DNA of 64,000 nucleotides, from NCBI GenBank assembly GCA_963669175.1, contig OY769902.1:2240001-2304000 (forward strand), written 5' to 3'. The number at the start of each line of letters is the position of its first letter. Position 1 is the stretch's first letter. This document shows positions 1-8,488 of this stretch, one piece after another. The position numbers were made by a program, and so were the translations under genes. Under the pieces are notes generated by a model. It was given only the letters and a program-made list of their open reading frames with translations. It was not told where the DNA came from and ran no database searches. The stretch comes from a bacterium. Lineage in GTDB: Bacteria > Electryoneota > Electryoneia > Electryoneales > Electryoneaceae.

Positions 1-1
1 C

Positions 2-307
2 ACCAACAAGCCGTCCCTGGAACGCGCCCTCGAGCTGCTCGGCCTCCTGGCTGAAGACAGCAAGAACCTGGCCGCTGCCGACCTGCACGAACTGATGCGC
101 TGCTGGGAAAATGTCCAGCGCATGTGGCAGGCTGAAGTTCACGTCCGCACCATGTTGGAACGCCAGGAAACACGTTGGCCTGGTTACTACTTCCGTGCTG
201 ACTGCCCGAACATTGACAACGAAAACTGGCTGAAGTTCGTCAACGCCAAGTGGACCGAGGAAAATGGTTGGGAAATGATCGACCGCGACGTGAAGTACGT
301 GTTCTAA
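2..307 (+). CDS. aprA: Adenylylsulfate (APS) reductase alpha subunit, C-terminal part (truncated by window start)
   Basis: Open frame from position 2: ...LAAADLHELMRCWEN...ETRWPGYYFRADCPNIDNENWLKFVN, the characteristic AprA C-terminus. Confidence 0.9.
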   Translation, partial: TNKPSLERALELLGLLAEDSKNLAAADLHELMRCWENVQRMWQAEVHVRTMLERQETRWPGYYFRADCPNIDNENWLKFVNAKWTEENGWEMIDRDVKYVF

Positions 308-348
308 GAAACGTACCCACGGATGCACGATCATCCGATAGCTACATC

Positions 349-382
349 AAGGGCTGTGACCGTATGGTTGCAGCCCTTTTTT
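349..382 (+). terminator. Rho-independent terminator after aprA
   Basis: aagggctgtgacc-gtat-ggttgcagccctt hairpin followed by a T-run. Confidence 0.75.
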
Positions 383-432
383 CGGCTTGTCTCGCGCAAA
401 GAGAAAAACTACATGTTTCACGCAAAGGACGC

Positions 433-456
433 GTGGCCCGACTGCTTGCTGTCGGG
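433..456 (+). repeat. REP copy (GTGG foot + CCCGACTGCTTGCTGTCGGG hairpin)
   Basis: Same 20-bp imperfect palindrome as at 1180, 2205, the 2916-3340 array and 56030-56871. Confidence 0.9.
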
Positions 457-698
457 TTTCAGCGTCTTCGTCTAGAGAGTACCTTCAAATGAACATGTTG
501 CGTGACTACTGAGAGTGTCTGCAAAACAAAGCAATTCAGTGTTTGCTTTGTATGGGGCGATAAACTGTATTAGACTAAGATGGTTTTGTCACTAGACGAG
601 CATTAAGTATTGGAGAACAAAGCGAATGCAAACTCACATTCGCAATGCCACTGGAAGCTAGCGGATCAATTCAAGCGTGAAATCCGTCCACTCAGAAA

Positions 699-718
699 CC
701 CGAAAGCAAGTAGTCGGG
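699..718 (-). repeat. Degenerate inverted REP copy
   Basis: cccgaaagcaagtagtcggg, 2 mismatches to the consensus and inverted relative to 437-456, forming a REP doublet. Confidence 0.75.
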
Positions 719-784
719 CCAAACGACCTTAGGCTTAAAAGACATCAATACTCCTTAATGTTTAAAAGTTGAATCAAAATATTA

Positions 785-1147
785 CTATAATCCATATGGA
801 AACCACAAATAAGTCACCCAACTTAATCCTATAACCGTAATAAAACTAATCCATCCCCATATATTTTTTGAAATAGAGATTCCTATTAGTGGAAAATTTA
901 AAAACCCTGCCATAAAACCAAAAATTACCGATACGATCATTAAAGATTGTATTCTAGCAGTATTTAATTTTTTTATATAAAATTGATCAAGTTCGTATTT
1001 AGAGTTATAATAAATATCTTTTTTAATAGATCTTTTTAGTGAAGAATCAAATATTATTTTTGAAACTATAGGAACAAAGATCGTTATGACTAAGTTCCAT
1101 ACGATAGTAAATATCAGAAAGCTTAGAAACATATGTATTCTGTGCAT
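785..1147 (-). CDS. Hypothetical membrane protein (about 3 TM helices), very AT-rich
   Basis: 120-aa ORF, AAGGAG RBS before the ATG, hydrophobic segments, lies between REP copies. Confidence 0.7.
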   Translation of the reverse strand: MHRIHMFLSFLIFTIVWNLVITIFVPIVSKIIFDSSLKRSIKKDIYYNSKYELDQFYIKKLNTARIQSLMIVSVIFGFMAGFLNFPLIGISISKNIWGWISFITVIGLSWVTYLWFPYGL

Positions 1148-1179
1148 AATACACTCCTTGACTTGAAAGACGCGACTAC

Positions 1180-1199
1180 CCCGACTGCTTGCTGTCGGG
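1180..1199 (+). repeat. REP copy
   Basis: cccgactgcttgctgtcggg followed by tttcagcgtc as at 437; foot degenerate. Confidence 0.9.
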
Positions 1200-1283
1200 T
1201 TTCAGCGTCTTTGTTGTGAGACTGTTGCGCGTCAGCTTTGAGCGTCTTCGTATAGGACGCGTCTTCATCGGGTCACGCCGTCT

Positions 1284-2162
1284 TTAGAATTGGGTATTAC
1301 CTGCTAGAAGATGTTTTGAACACTCATCAAGGAATTTCTTGTCATCAGAATGATTATCAGGAAATAGAGATTCTTCAGTTACTTTTTCACTATCTAGATA
1401 AGCTAAAATATCGCAGCAAATACTAACAGGAAAAATGATTTTAACAAGATATGCACCCAAATAATGATCAAGCCAAACCTGATCGTTCATGTGGTCATTA
1501 CTGACAATAGTGAAAACTCCTTCCTGAGCTCGAAGGTTGTGGTTAGTTCCTCTAGGTGGAGATAGTAATTTTAGAGTACCTGCATAGTCGCCAGATAAGT
1601 GGCGGTCGCGACTATGCATGAATGACCATACTACGTAGTTGCCGCTTTTATTGTCTTTTGTATTTCTAGTAGCAAAGAATAGTGCTATCTTAAATGATTT
1701 ACTCCAATCCAAGAGTCTAGTTGGAACGCCATAGTGTTGTGCTAAGCCTAAGAAGTCATGATATGGCGTATCCCATATTCTATATTTAGGTAATTGCCTT
1801 CCTCCTGAAATAGTACAATCAAATGAAAAGTATTTTTCTTTTGTTTCCGAATTATAATTAGGGATAACAACACCTTTTTCATCGGCTAATACAAGAAAAA
1901 GTCTGATAATATTCCTTTCGTATTCAATTATATTTCCACTATTGGTTGGATAATTGGGTCGTTCTAAGTAATATAGTTTTTCAAGCAATCTCTTATTATT
2001 GGGCCTAAATACACTAGGAATAAGTTGCCAATCATCAGCTTGACCGCGGAAATACCACTTATCAGAATTTAGCTGTTTTCTATGACCATTACTAAGCTTA
2101 TCAAGCAAGTTTAACAAATCATTAAGCTTGTTGATGATAAGAATTTCTGGATTATAAGGCAT
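1284..2162 (-). CDS. FRG domain-containing protein
   Basis: WYFRGQ, LIPSVFR, AQHYGVPTRLLDWS and NLRAQEGVF motifs. Start set at ATG 2162 because the longer ORF runs through the REP. Confidence 0.9.
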   Translation of the reverse strand: MPYNPEILIINKLNDLLNLLDKLSNGHRKQLNSDKWYFRGQADDWQLIPSVFRPNNKRLLEKLYYLERPNYPTNSGNIIEYERNIIRLFLVLADEKGVVIPNYNSETKEKYFSFDCTISGGRQLPKYRIWDTPYHDFLGLAQHYGVPTRLLDWSKSFKIALFFATRNTKDNKSGNYVVWSFMHSRDRHLSGDYAGTLKLLSPPRGTNHNLRAQEGVFTIVSNDHMNDQVWLDHYLGAYLVKIIFPVSICCDILAYLDSEKVTEESLFPDNHSDDKKFLDECSKHLLAGNTQF

Positions 2163-2200
2163 TTGTATCCCTTGTGTGTTTTCTTGTAGACTTGAGGCGA

Positions 2201-2224
2201 GTGGCCCGACTGCTTGCTGTCGGG
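2201..2224 (+). repeat. REP copy (GTGG foot)
   Basis: gtgg-cccgactgcttgctgtcggg-tttcagcg. Confidence 0.9.
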
Positions 2225-2303
2225 TTTCAGCGCCGCTGGGTATCACAATCAAAGTATAACACATATTAATAAAGTACAACAATATCTACTACTTCAAGAA
2301 ATA

Positions 2304-2858
2304 TTATAACCTCAATGAATCAGCATTAATCGCGATCGGATCTGGCGCTCCCGTAGCCCACGCTTTTGCTGAACTCCACTTATATTCTTCCGGCAGTGTT
2401 ACCAATCCCGCTTTAACCGGATTGTTATGAATATAGTCAAGTGCCAAACGTATACGGTCGGGCGTCCACAGGTTGCGATCATGCCCGCCGCCATGTTGCC
2501 AGAACCGGTATGTAATCTCACCCTTGCGAATCACCTGTAGTTTTGCGTAAGTGAGCTGATCATGTTCTTTTAGCCAGCCAAGAGCAAAATGAGAAAAACG
2601 ACGTTTCAGTTTGCCCAGTTCCTTGCGGAAATCCACATCACGTGTTGGGAATACAAGAAAATGAACATGGTCAGGCATGATTACATAAGCCCATAATTCA
2701 AGATCGAACTCGTTGCGGAGGGTGTCCAGTTCGCGAAGGAAAGTTTCGCAAAGGAAAGGAATTTGGAAGAGGGGAAGGTGACGATAACAGCCGAAAGTCA
2801 GAAATCGTGCATAGCCGGGATCGTCAGTTCGTAAGCGTTTGGGTTTGATATCGTACAT
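2304..2858 (-). CDS. REP-associated tyrosine transposase (RAYT / TnpA-REP, Y1 HUH superfamily)
   Basis: FLTF, AYVIMPDHVH (HUH), FWQ, DYIHNNPVKAGLV (catalytic Tyr) and YKWSS motifs; GGAG RBS; flanked by inverted REPs. Confidence 0.92.
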   Translation of the reverse strand: MYDIKPKRLRTDDPGYARFLTFGCYRHLPLFQIPFLCETFLRELDTLRNEFDLELWAYVIMPDHVHFLVFPTRDVDFRKELGKLKRRFSHFALGWLKEHDQLTYAKLQVIRKGEITYRFWQHGGGHDRNLWTPDRIRLALDYIHNNPVKAGLVTLPEEYKWSSAKAWATGAPDPIAINADSLRL

Positions 2859-2910
2859 GGTTTCTCCATGTCTGGGTATAAGTCTCTACTACTTTACTAA
2901 ATACGGAATC

Positions 2911-3351
2911 AGAATCCCGACAGCAAGCAGTCGGGCCACGCGAGCTTGCGACTTGACTCAAGAGTTAATTGCGATGAAAATGAACACCATTAGAATCCTG
3001 ACAGCAAGCAGTCGGGCCACGCGAGCTTGCGACTTGATTCAAGAGTTTATTGCGATGAAAATGAACACCAATAGAAACCCGACAGCAAGCAGTCGGGCCA
3101 CGCGAGCTTGCGACTTGATTCAAGAGTTTATTGCGATGAAAATGAACACCAATAGAAACCCGACAGCAAGCAGTCGGGCCACGCGAGCTTGCGACTTGAT
3201 TCAAGAGTTTATTGCGATGAAAATGAACACCATTAGATACCCGACAGCAAGCAGTCGGGCCACGTGAGCTTGCGACTTGATTCAAGAGTTTATTGCGATG
3301 AAAATGAACACCATCAGAATCCCGACAGCAAGCAGTCGGGTCACGCGAGCT
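2911..3351 (-). repeat. Tandem array of 81-bp units, each with one REP (6 hairpins at 2916, 2997, 3078, 3159, 3240, 3321)
   Basis: Exact 81-bp period, near-identical inter-REP sequence. Confidence 0.95.
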
Positions 3352-3414
3352 GATCACACGGGCATGCATCAATAAGCAGTACTCTTCAGCGTCAATAATA
3401 AGCCAAGCAACCCC

Positions 3415-4980
3415 TTACCACCAAACCTGTTTCCCCTCTTGGATCGTGAAAATCCGTTCTTCCTTGCTGGAATCCTTTTCCAGCAGCCAGTACAGGCCTC
3501 CCGCAGGCACGTTATCGAACTGAAGCGGTCCTTCTCCAGCAACAGCACTCCCCAGTGAGATCCAACCGTCCTTCCAGTAGAACAGTTTATAGTCCGTTCC
3601 GGGGCGAATGGCGGAGTGGTCGATACCATCTGTCGATACCACCAGTTTCCGATGGGTGGTAGAGGTAAGTTTAACCGTGATGGTTTGATCGTCCTCGGCT
3701 TCGAGTGGTTCCATGCTGGAATCCGTGCGAAGGATAAAGGGACTGCTAAAAGGAACAACTTCTCCATCGATGTAGAGCGCCGGGAGATAGGCGATATCCA
3801 TTCCCATGTCGGTAAACGTCACCTGTCCGGATTCGATGAATCCCCAGTGAATCGGACGCCATTCCCCGGAATTGAAAACGCACAAATACCCGATGCTCGC
3901 CGAATCAGACACGTCATAGGGGAGGGGAATGGTAACGTCACAAACCTCAACATAGTCAGCAGTAACATCGATCAGATTGGTTGATGAGATATATTTGGGC
4001 ATTTCCTGTTGTTTTCGATCCTGAAAAGCGAGGCTGTTTTCCTGCTTGCTGAACATCTTACGGTAGACCTTGGCGAGTTTGTTCGCGAGTCGATATTTCC
4101 CCGGGTTGGCTTCTGCGCCCATGAAGGGCACTACACGTCCATCCGGTGTGACGATCGCGTTCCACGCATGGTTATTGCCGGTGTTCGCCCACCAGGGGGT
4201 GAAGTCTGCTGTGACCGCCAGACCGTTGGCGCGCATGGCGAAGATGGTCAGGTTGGTCATGTCTTCGCAGCGTCCCAGGCCACCGTCAACCATCTCAGTG
4301 AAGCCCTGGTCGGTCGGATGCTCGTAATAACGTGGGTCGAAATGGAACCAGGTTTTGATATCATCATTGATCAGGCTGGCGGCTTCCAACGGATCAGTGG
4401 GATTGGTCATCTGCGATTCGATGCCTGCATACTTGTTCCAGAAATACTCTCGCCACGGTTCCAGCGGCTCATTGCTTCCACGGTAAGGAAGGATATACTC
4501 GCAAAAATCCTCAAACGGCAACCCCTCCGCCCACGGTTTCTCTCGCCATGCACGGAACGCATAATCGATTTGATTAATCAGAAACTCAGATGATATCGAT
4601 TGGTAGTCGAACACTTCCTGGCTGTTCGTAAAATCATCAATACCGTGTTCCTGCACGATCGAATCCAGTGCTGCTGACATGGTATAGAGATCAGGATAAT
4701 CGAGGACATTGAAGTCGATGACATTCCCGTCTTTATCCCGTAGATCATACACTCGATAGGAACGATGTTTCATGTTCCCGATCAGGTAGTACAGGGCTTG
4801 AAGCTTCAGGGAATCGCCAGTCTGCTCGTAATGCTGTATCGCTTTTTCCAGTTCAGGAGCGTTCTTACCGGCCAACTCAAGCACTTCCTTCACTTCAGGG
4901 GAGGTTTTGCCCGGATTTCCACAGGAACAAAACAGAGGTAACATGAAGGCTACAAGCAGAATCATCACAAAAGCGTTCAT
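3415..4980 (-). CDS. Transglutaminase-like domain lipoprotein
   Basis: Lipobox-like LFCSC; FCEYILPYR, GRCED and NHAWN motifs (Cys/His of a transglutaminase-like triad). Start uncertain (ORF open to 5034). Confidence 0.8.
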   Translation of the reverse strand: MNAFVMILLVAFMLPLFCSCGNPGKTSPEVKEVLELAGKNAPELEKAIQHYEQTGDSLKLQALYYLIGNMKHRSYRVYDLRDKDGNVIDFNVLDYPDLYTMSAALDSIVQEHGIDDFTNSQEVFDYQSISSEFLINQIDYAFRAWREKPWAEGLPFEDFCEYILPYRGSNEPLEPWREYFWNKYAGIESQMTNPTDPLEAASLINDDIKTWFHFDPRYYEHPTDQGFTEMVDGGLGRCEDMTNLTIFAMRANGLAVTADFTPWWANTGNNHAWNAIVTPDGRVVPFMGAEANPGKYRLANKLAKVYRKMFSKQENSLAFQDRKQQEMPKYISSTNLIDVTADYVEVCDVTIPLPYDVSDSASIGYLCVFNSGEWRPIHWGFIESGQVTFTDMGMDIAYLPALYIDGEVVPFSSPFILRTDSSMEPLEAEDDQTITVKLTSTTHRKLVVSTDGIDHSAIRPGTDYKLFYWKDGWISLGSAVAGEGPLQFDNVPAGGLYWLLEKDSSKEERIFTIQEGKQVWW

Positions 4981-5213
4981 CTTTATCACAACGTGCGCCC
5001 CTTTCCTATCTGCTGGTATGGCTTTCTTACTCACAGCGATGCCGGGATTGGGGGACAGCGCCCGGCAGGCTGCGACCGACCAACGTCGGAGAAGCTAGGA
5101 GTCAACAACCCGGCGTTGGTTCCCAAAATAATCACGTAAGAATTTTGCCTATGATGAAAGATACCAGAGAAACTGTAGCTATGAAATAGTACCACTTCCT
5201 AATAAACTTGCCT

Positions 5214-6368
5214 TTATTTTTCCTTCATCATTATTACAAAATACATGTTGTAAATATATAGCTTTGAACGTTTTCGACCAGTCGTTTCCGATACAATCCG
5301 CAAGTCCTGTAGCTCTTCTAAAACACTCCTTACTGTCGGTGTAGTCAGACCGGATTCCCTGGCGAGGGTTTTTACAGTTGCGAAGACATACTTGCGGAGA
5401 ACGGAATGGACACGTAAAGCAGACCCGGATTTCTGCCCAAGGTGTTCTGCGATTCGTGCAGCATCTGAATTTGCGAGCTGAGTGAGACGGTTTGCGGTAT
5501 CAATAGCTTCTCGTGCGGTGTGATATACGCCATCCGCGAAAAAGTCCAGCCAGCTTTCCCAATCACCTTCTGTCCGAACCCGGTTCAGCAGGTTATAATA
5601 ATCAGTACGATGTTCCTTGAAGTAGAGACTCAGGTAGAGAACCGGCTCATGAAGGATATCCTCCTGTTGCAGGAGAAGGGTGATCAGCAACCGTCCGATT
5701 CGTCCATTCCCATCGAGGAAGGGGTGTATGGTTTCAAACTGAACGTGAGCCAGCGCTGCTTTCAAAAGCGGATCCGTTACAACTGGGGTGTTGTGCAGGA
5801 ATTTTTCCCACATATCCAGGCAGCTCATAAGTTCTTCCGGTGGTGGCGGAACAAAAGCTGCATTTCCTGGACGAGTGCCGCCTACCCAGTTCTGCGACCT
5901 GCGAAACTCACCCGGTGTCTGACGGCTGCCTCGTCCAGTTTGAAGCAGTATCTTGTGCATCTCACGAATCAAACGGAGGGACAACGGAAAACCATCACGC
6001 AACCTGGTAATTCCATGCTGGAGCGCTGCGACATAGTTGGATACTTCTCTGACATCATCAAGTGGAACATTGGGTTTCTGCCGTTGTTCGTGCTTCATCA
6101 GATCAGACAGACTGGATTGAGTGCCTTCTATTTGAGATGATAATACGGCTTCTTTACGCACATACGTGTAAATGACCATATCAGCATCAGGCAGAACTGT
6201 GCTCAAGGTATCGAGTTGTCCCAGGCCGTGCATGGCGCGCTGGAATTTGCCACGAAGAGTGTCCGACCACAAAATGGAGGGTGAGGGGGGCAAAGGCAAT
6301 GGGATAAAGGCCTGCGCCTTTTCACCAACACTGCTAATCGTGCGATAATGTCCAGTTACTCTTTTCAC
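5214..6368 (-). CDS. Fic family protein (Fic/DOC N-terminal domain, C-terminal HTH)
   Basis: EAVLSSQIEGT and HPFLDGNGRIGR motifs. Confidence 0.93.
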   Translation of the reverse strand: MKRVTGHYRTISSVGEKAQAFIPLPLPPSPSILWSDTLRGKFQRAMHGLGQLDTLSTVLPDADMVIYTYVRKEAVLSSQIEGTQSSLSDLMKHEQRQKPNVPLDDVREVSNYVAALQHGITRLRDGFPLSLRLIREMHKILLQTGRGSRQTPGEFRRSQNWVGGTRPGNAAFVPPPPEELMSCLDMWEKFLHNTPVVTDPLLKAALAHVQFETIHPFLDGNGRIGRLLITLLLQQEDILHEPVLYLSLYFKEHRTDYYNLLNRVRTEGDWESWLDFFADGVYHTAREAIDTANRLTQLANSDAARIAEHLGQKSGSALRVHSVLRKYVFATVKTLARESGLTTPTVRSVLEELQDLRIVSETTGRKRSKLYIYNMYFVIMMKEK

Positions 6369-6464
6369 AATTCATCCTGAAAAGAAAAATCTTTTCTCAA
6401 GCCAAAGGCTAAAGAAAAGATCGATCAAATATTTTCTTAAATCAACCACTAAGTCAAAGAATTT

Positions 6465-8324
6465 CTACTTCACCAGCCAGATTTTCCTGGTTACCGTCCG
6501 GTAGGCATCAGCTTGTACTTGCAGGAAATACACTCCAGAAGCAAACCCGGAGCAGTCAATTTCCAGTGTATGCACTCCGGCAGAATAGGGAGTTGCGTGC
6601 AGGTTTTGAACCACTCGACCGTTAAGGTTCAGAAGCCTGATTCCCACATCTGTCGCTTCAGGCAGGGAAAGGGTAACCTGAGTCGTTGGGTTAAAGGGAT
6701 TGGGAAACGCTTCGGATACGGCAAACTCGCCTGGCAGGCCGGACTTGGCATCATCATCCACTCCTTGTGTGATAATACTGAAGGTCCGGACGGCGCTGGC
6801 ATAGGTGCCGCCACTATGGATATCATCAGCTAAGACGGTCCAGTAATAGGTACAGCCAAGTTCAGCGTCAAAAGTGCAATTTGTTTCAACCGTGGCTGCC
6901 ACAGTCGCCCTGTACAGGTCATCCATGTTCTCAGCGACATAAACATGATAGGTAACAGTTTCCCCGGAATCCGGGTTGACCGCTTCTTGCCAAAGGAGTT
7001 CAACCGTACTTTCCGGCAGTAGCGCCTGATGGTCAGGCGAAACAAGGTCAAACGCTTCCGGATGGCTACCAAAAAACTCAGTGGGGCCAAGATCAGGAGC
7101 CGGTCCGGCAATTATACTTTCCGAAATGTTCAACAGAGTGTCACTCCCCTGGCTGAAGACCTGCGTACCGGCATCCACACATGCCGACCAGGGTTGTAAA
7201 CGGAAACCATCCTCATCCGCTATATAATCCGGCCATACTTCTTCGATCCCATTTTCCCAGACGAAATCGATACCCCCATCCAATTCAAATCCGAACCTCC
7301 CATCTTCAACCAGGTTGTGAGACGCATGGATTGTACTGCTGCATTCGGATATGCAGGAAACTGGATTATACTGGAAACCGTTGATAACAGAATTCAACAG
7401 GAAGGCTTGTCTAAAACCATTAATCTGGATGCCTGTTGCGGTTACATCGATTGGATCGACAAAAGCAGAGTTGCTGATGAGAATCGTGTCACAATCTTCG
7501 ATCTGCAGATCTATTTCACCTCGACTATTGATTGTAGTAATACGGTCCAGGGTCAATATATCCGAATTGTTGCAATGGATCATGGCTTCATTCCGTACAG
7601 ACAGGTTCGAAACCAGGGTGACATTGCGAATGGTCATGCGTCCACGACTGTAACAATTGAAGATCATATGGTCGGCTTCATTGTCTTTAAAAATGAAGTT
7701 TTCAATGCTTCCATCACCTTCAAATTGGACGTGAGCGACATCGCATGTACCACTGTTATTCTCAAAATAGAGATCCCTTATAATAGATTCTTCCGGAGGA
7801 CGGAGGTATAATGCACCACCATTATAGGCATCACTTCCATAAAACGCACAGTTCTCTAGATGAACGAAATCATTTGTTGAAATGTATAATGCGCCGCCTT
7901 CTACACTTTGACAGTTAATAAAGACCATGTCGTGAAAAGATACGTTGCTCGACCCACTTTGCGTCCAAATCCCGCTACCGACTGATCGTTGACCATTGGC
8001 AATCGTAAAACCGGCAATCTCAATTGAGGACAAATCCTGGATAAGGATGCAACCATGATCCTCTTCGCCATCCAGAATCGTGTTGTTGACGAAAGAAGAA
8101 TCGCCCGTAATCAGGAACAGGGATCCCAGTATCAGGCTGTCGCTCGGGACAACTAGTTCTTCCGTGTAGGTACCGGGACTCACCAGCACTGTATCCAGTG
8201 GGCTCGCAGCCTCCAGTCCTTCCTGGATGGTATCGAAATCGTCCGGTATAACAAGGGTTGTAGCGAAGCTGGCTGCAACACATGCTGTCAGCAGTGATGC
8301 AATAACGATTGATAGACGTTGCAT
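6465..8324 (-). CDS. Secreted protein with right-handed beta-helix region and T9SS type A-like C-terminal sorting domain
   Basis: Signal peptide, IPDDFDTIQEG...VSPGTYTE, GGALY repeats, C-terminal FPNPFNPTT...ASGVYF...KIWLVK. Confidence 0.85.
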   Translation of the reverse strand: MQRLSIVIASLLTACVAASFATTLVIPDDFDTIQEGLEAASPLDTVLVSPGTYTEELVVPSDSLILGSLFLITGDSSFVNNTILDGEEDHGCILIQDLSSIEIAGFTIANGQRSVGSGIWTQSGSSNVSFHDMVFINCQSVEGGALYISTNDFVHLENCAFYGSDAYNGGALYLRPPEESIIRDLYFENNSGTCDVAHVQFEGDGSIENFIFKDNEADHMIFNCYSRGRMTIRNVTLVSNLSVRNEAMIHCNNSDILTLDRITTINSRGEIDLQIEDCDTILISNSAFVDPIDVTATGIQINGFRQAFLLNSVINGFQYNPVSCISECSSTIHASHNLVEDGRFGFELDGGIDFVWENGIEEVWPDYIADEDGFRLQPWSACVDAGTQVFSQGSDTLLNISESIIAGPAPDLGPTEFFGSHPEAFDLVSPDHQALLPESTVELLWQEAVNPDSGETVTYHVYVAENMDDLYRATVAATVETNCTFDAELGCTYYWTVLADDIHSGGTYASAVRTFSIITQGVDDDAKSGLPGEFAVSEAFPNPFNPTTQVTLSLPEATDVGIRLLNLNGRVVQNLHATPYSAGVHTLEIDCSGFASGVYFLQVQADAYRTVTRKIWLVK

Positions 8325-8418
8325 GAGAACCCCCTCATCCTAAGAATAATATATAAACTATGATACAAAGAAAAAGCGCACAAGGATAAAATTGGTATTC
8401 TTGCATTATTTTAGACGA

Positions 8419-8456
8419 GAAACAGGGACAGACCACGCGTGATCTGTTCCTGTTTC
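8419..8456. repeat. Hairpin of the GGGACAG repeat family, may double as a terminator
   Basis: gaaacagggacagaccacg / cgtgatctgttcctgtttc inverted repeat downstream of the hydrolase gene. Confidence 0.55.
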
Positions 8457-8488
8457 GCTATGACAAACCTCTCGTTCAAATGAGAAGG

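Noticed and set aside
433-2224. Classical integron with attC sites
   Set aside because: No IntI tyrosine recombinase, and no RYYYAAC/GTTRRRY-bounded sites around the genes.
2911-3351. CRISPR array
   Set aside because: Inter-repeat sequences are near-identical rather than unique spacers, and there are no cas genes; it is a tandem REP array.
2839-3372. Repetitive ORFs 2839-3267(+) and 2965-3372(-)
   Set aside because: By-products of an 81-bp (27-codon) period; no RBS and no protein-like features.
5040-5125. Riboswitch upstream of the transglutaminase-like gene
   Set aside because: Two possible hairpins are present, but I could not match conserved motifs of cobalamin, c-di-AMP or other known classes; an Rfam search is needed.
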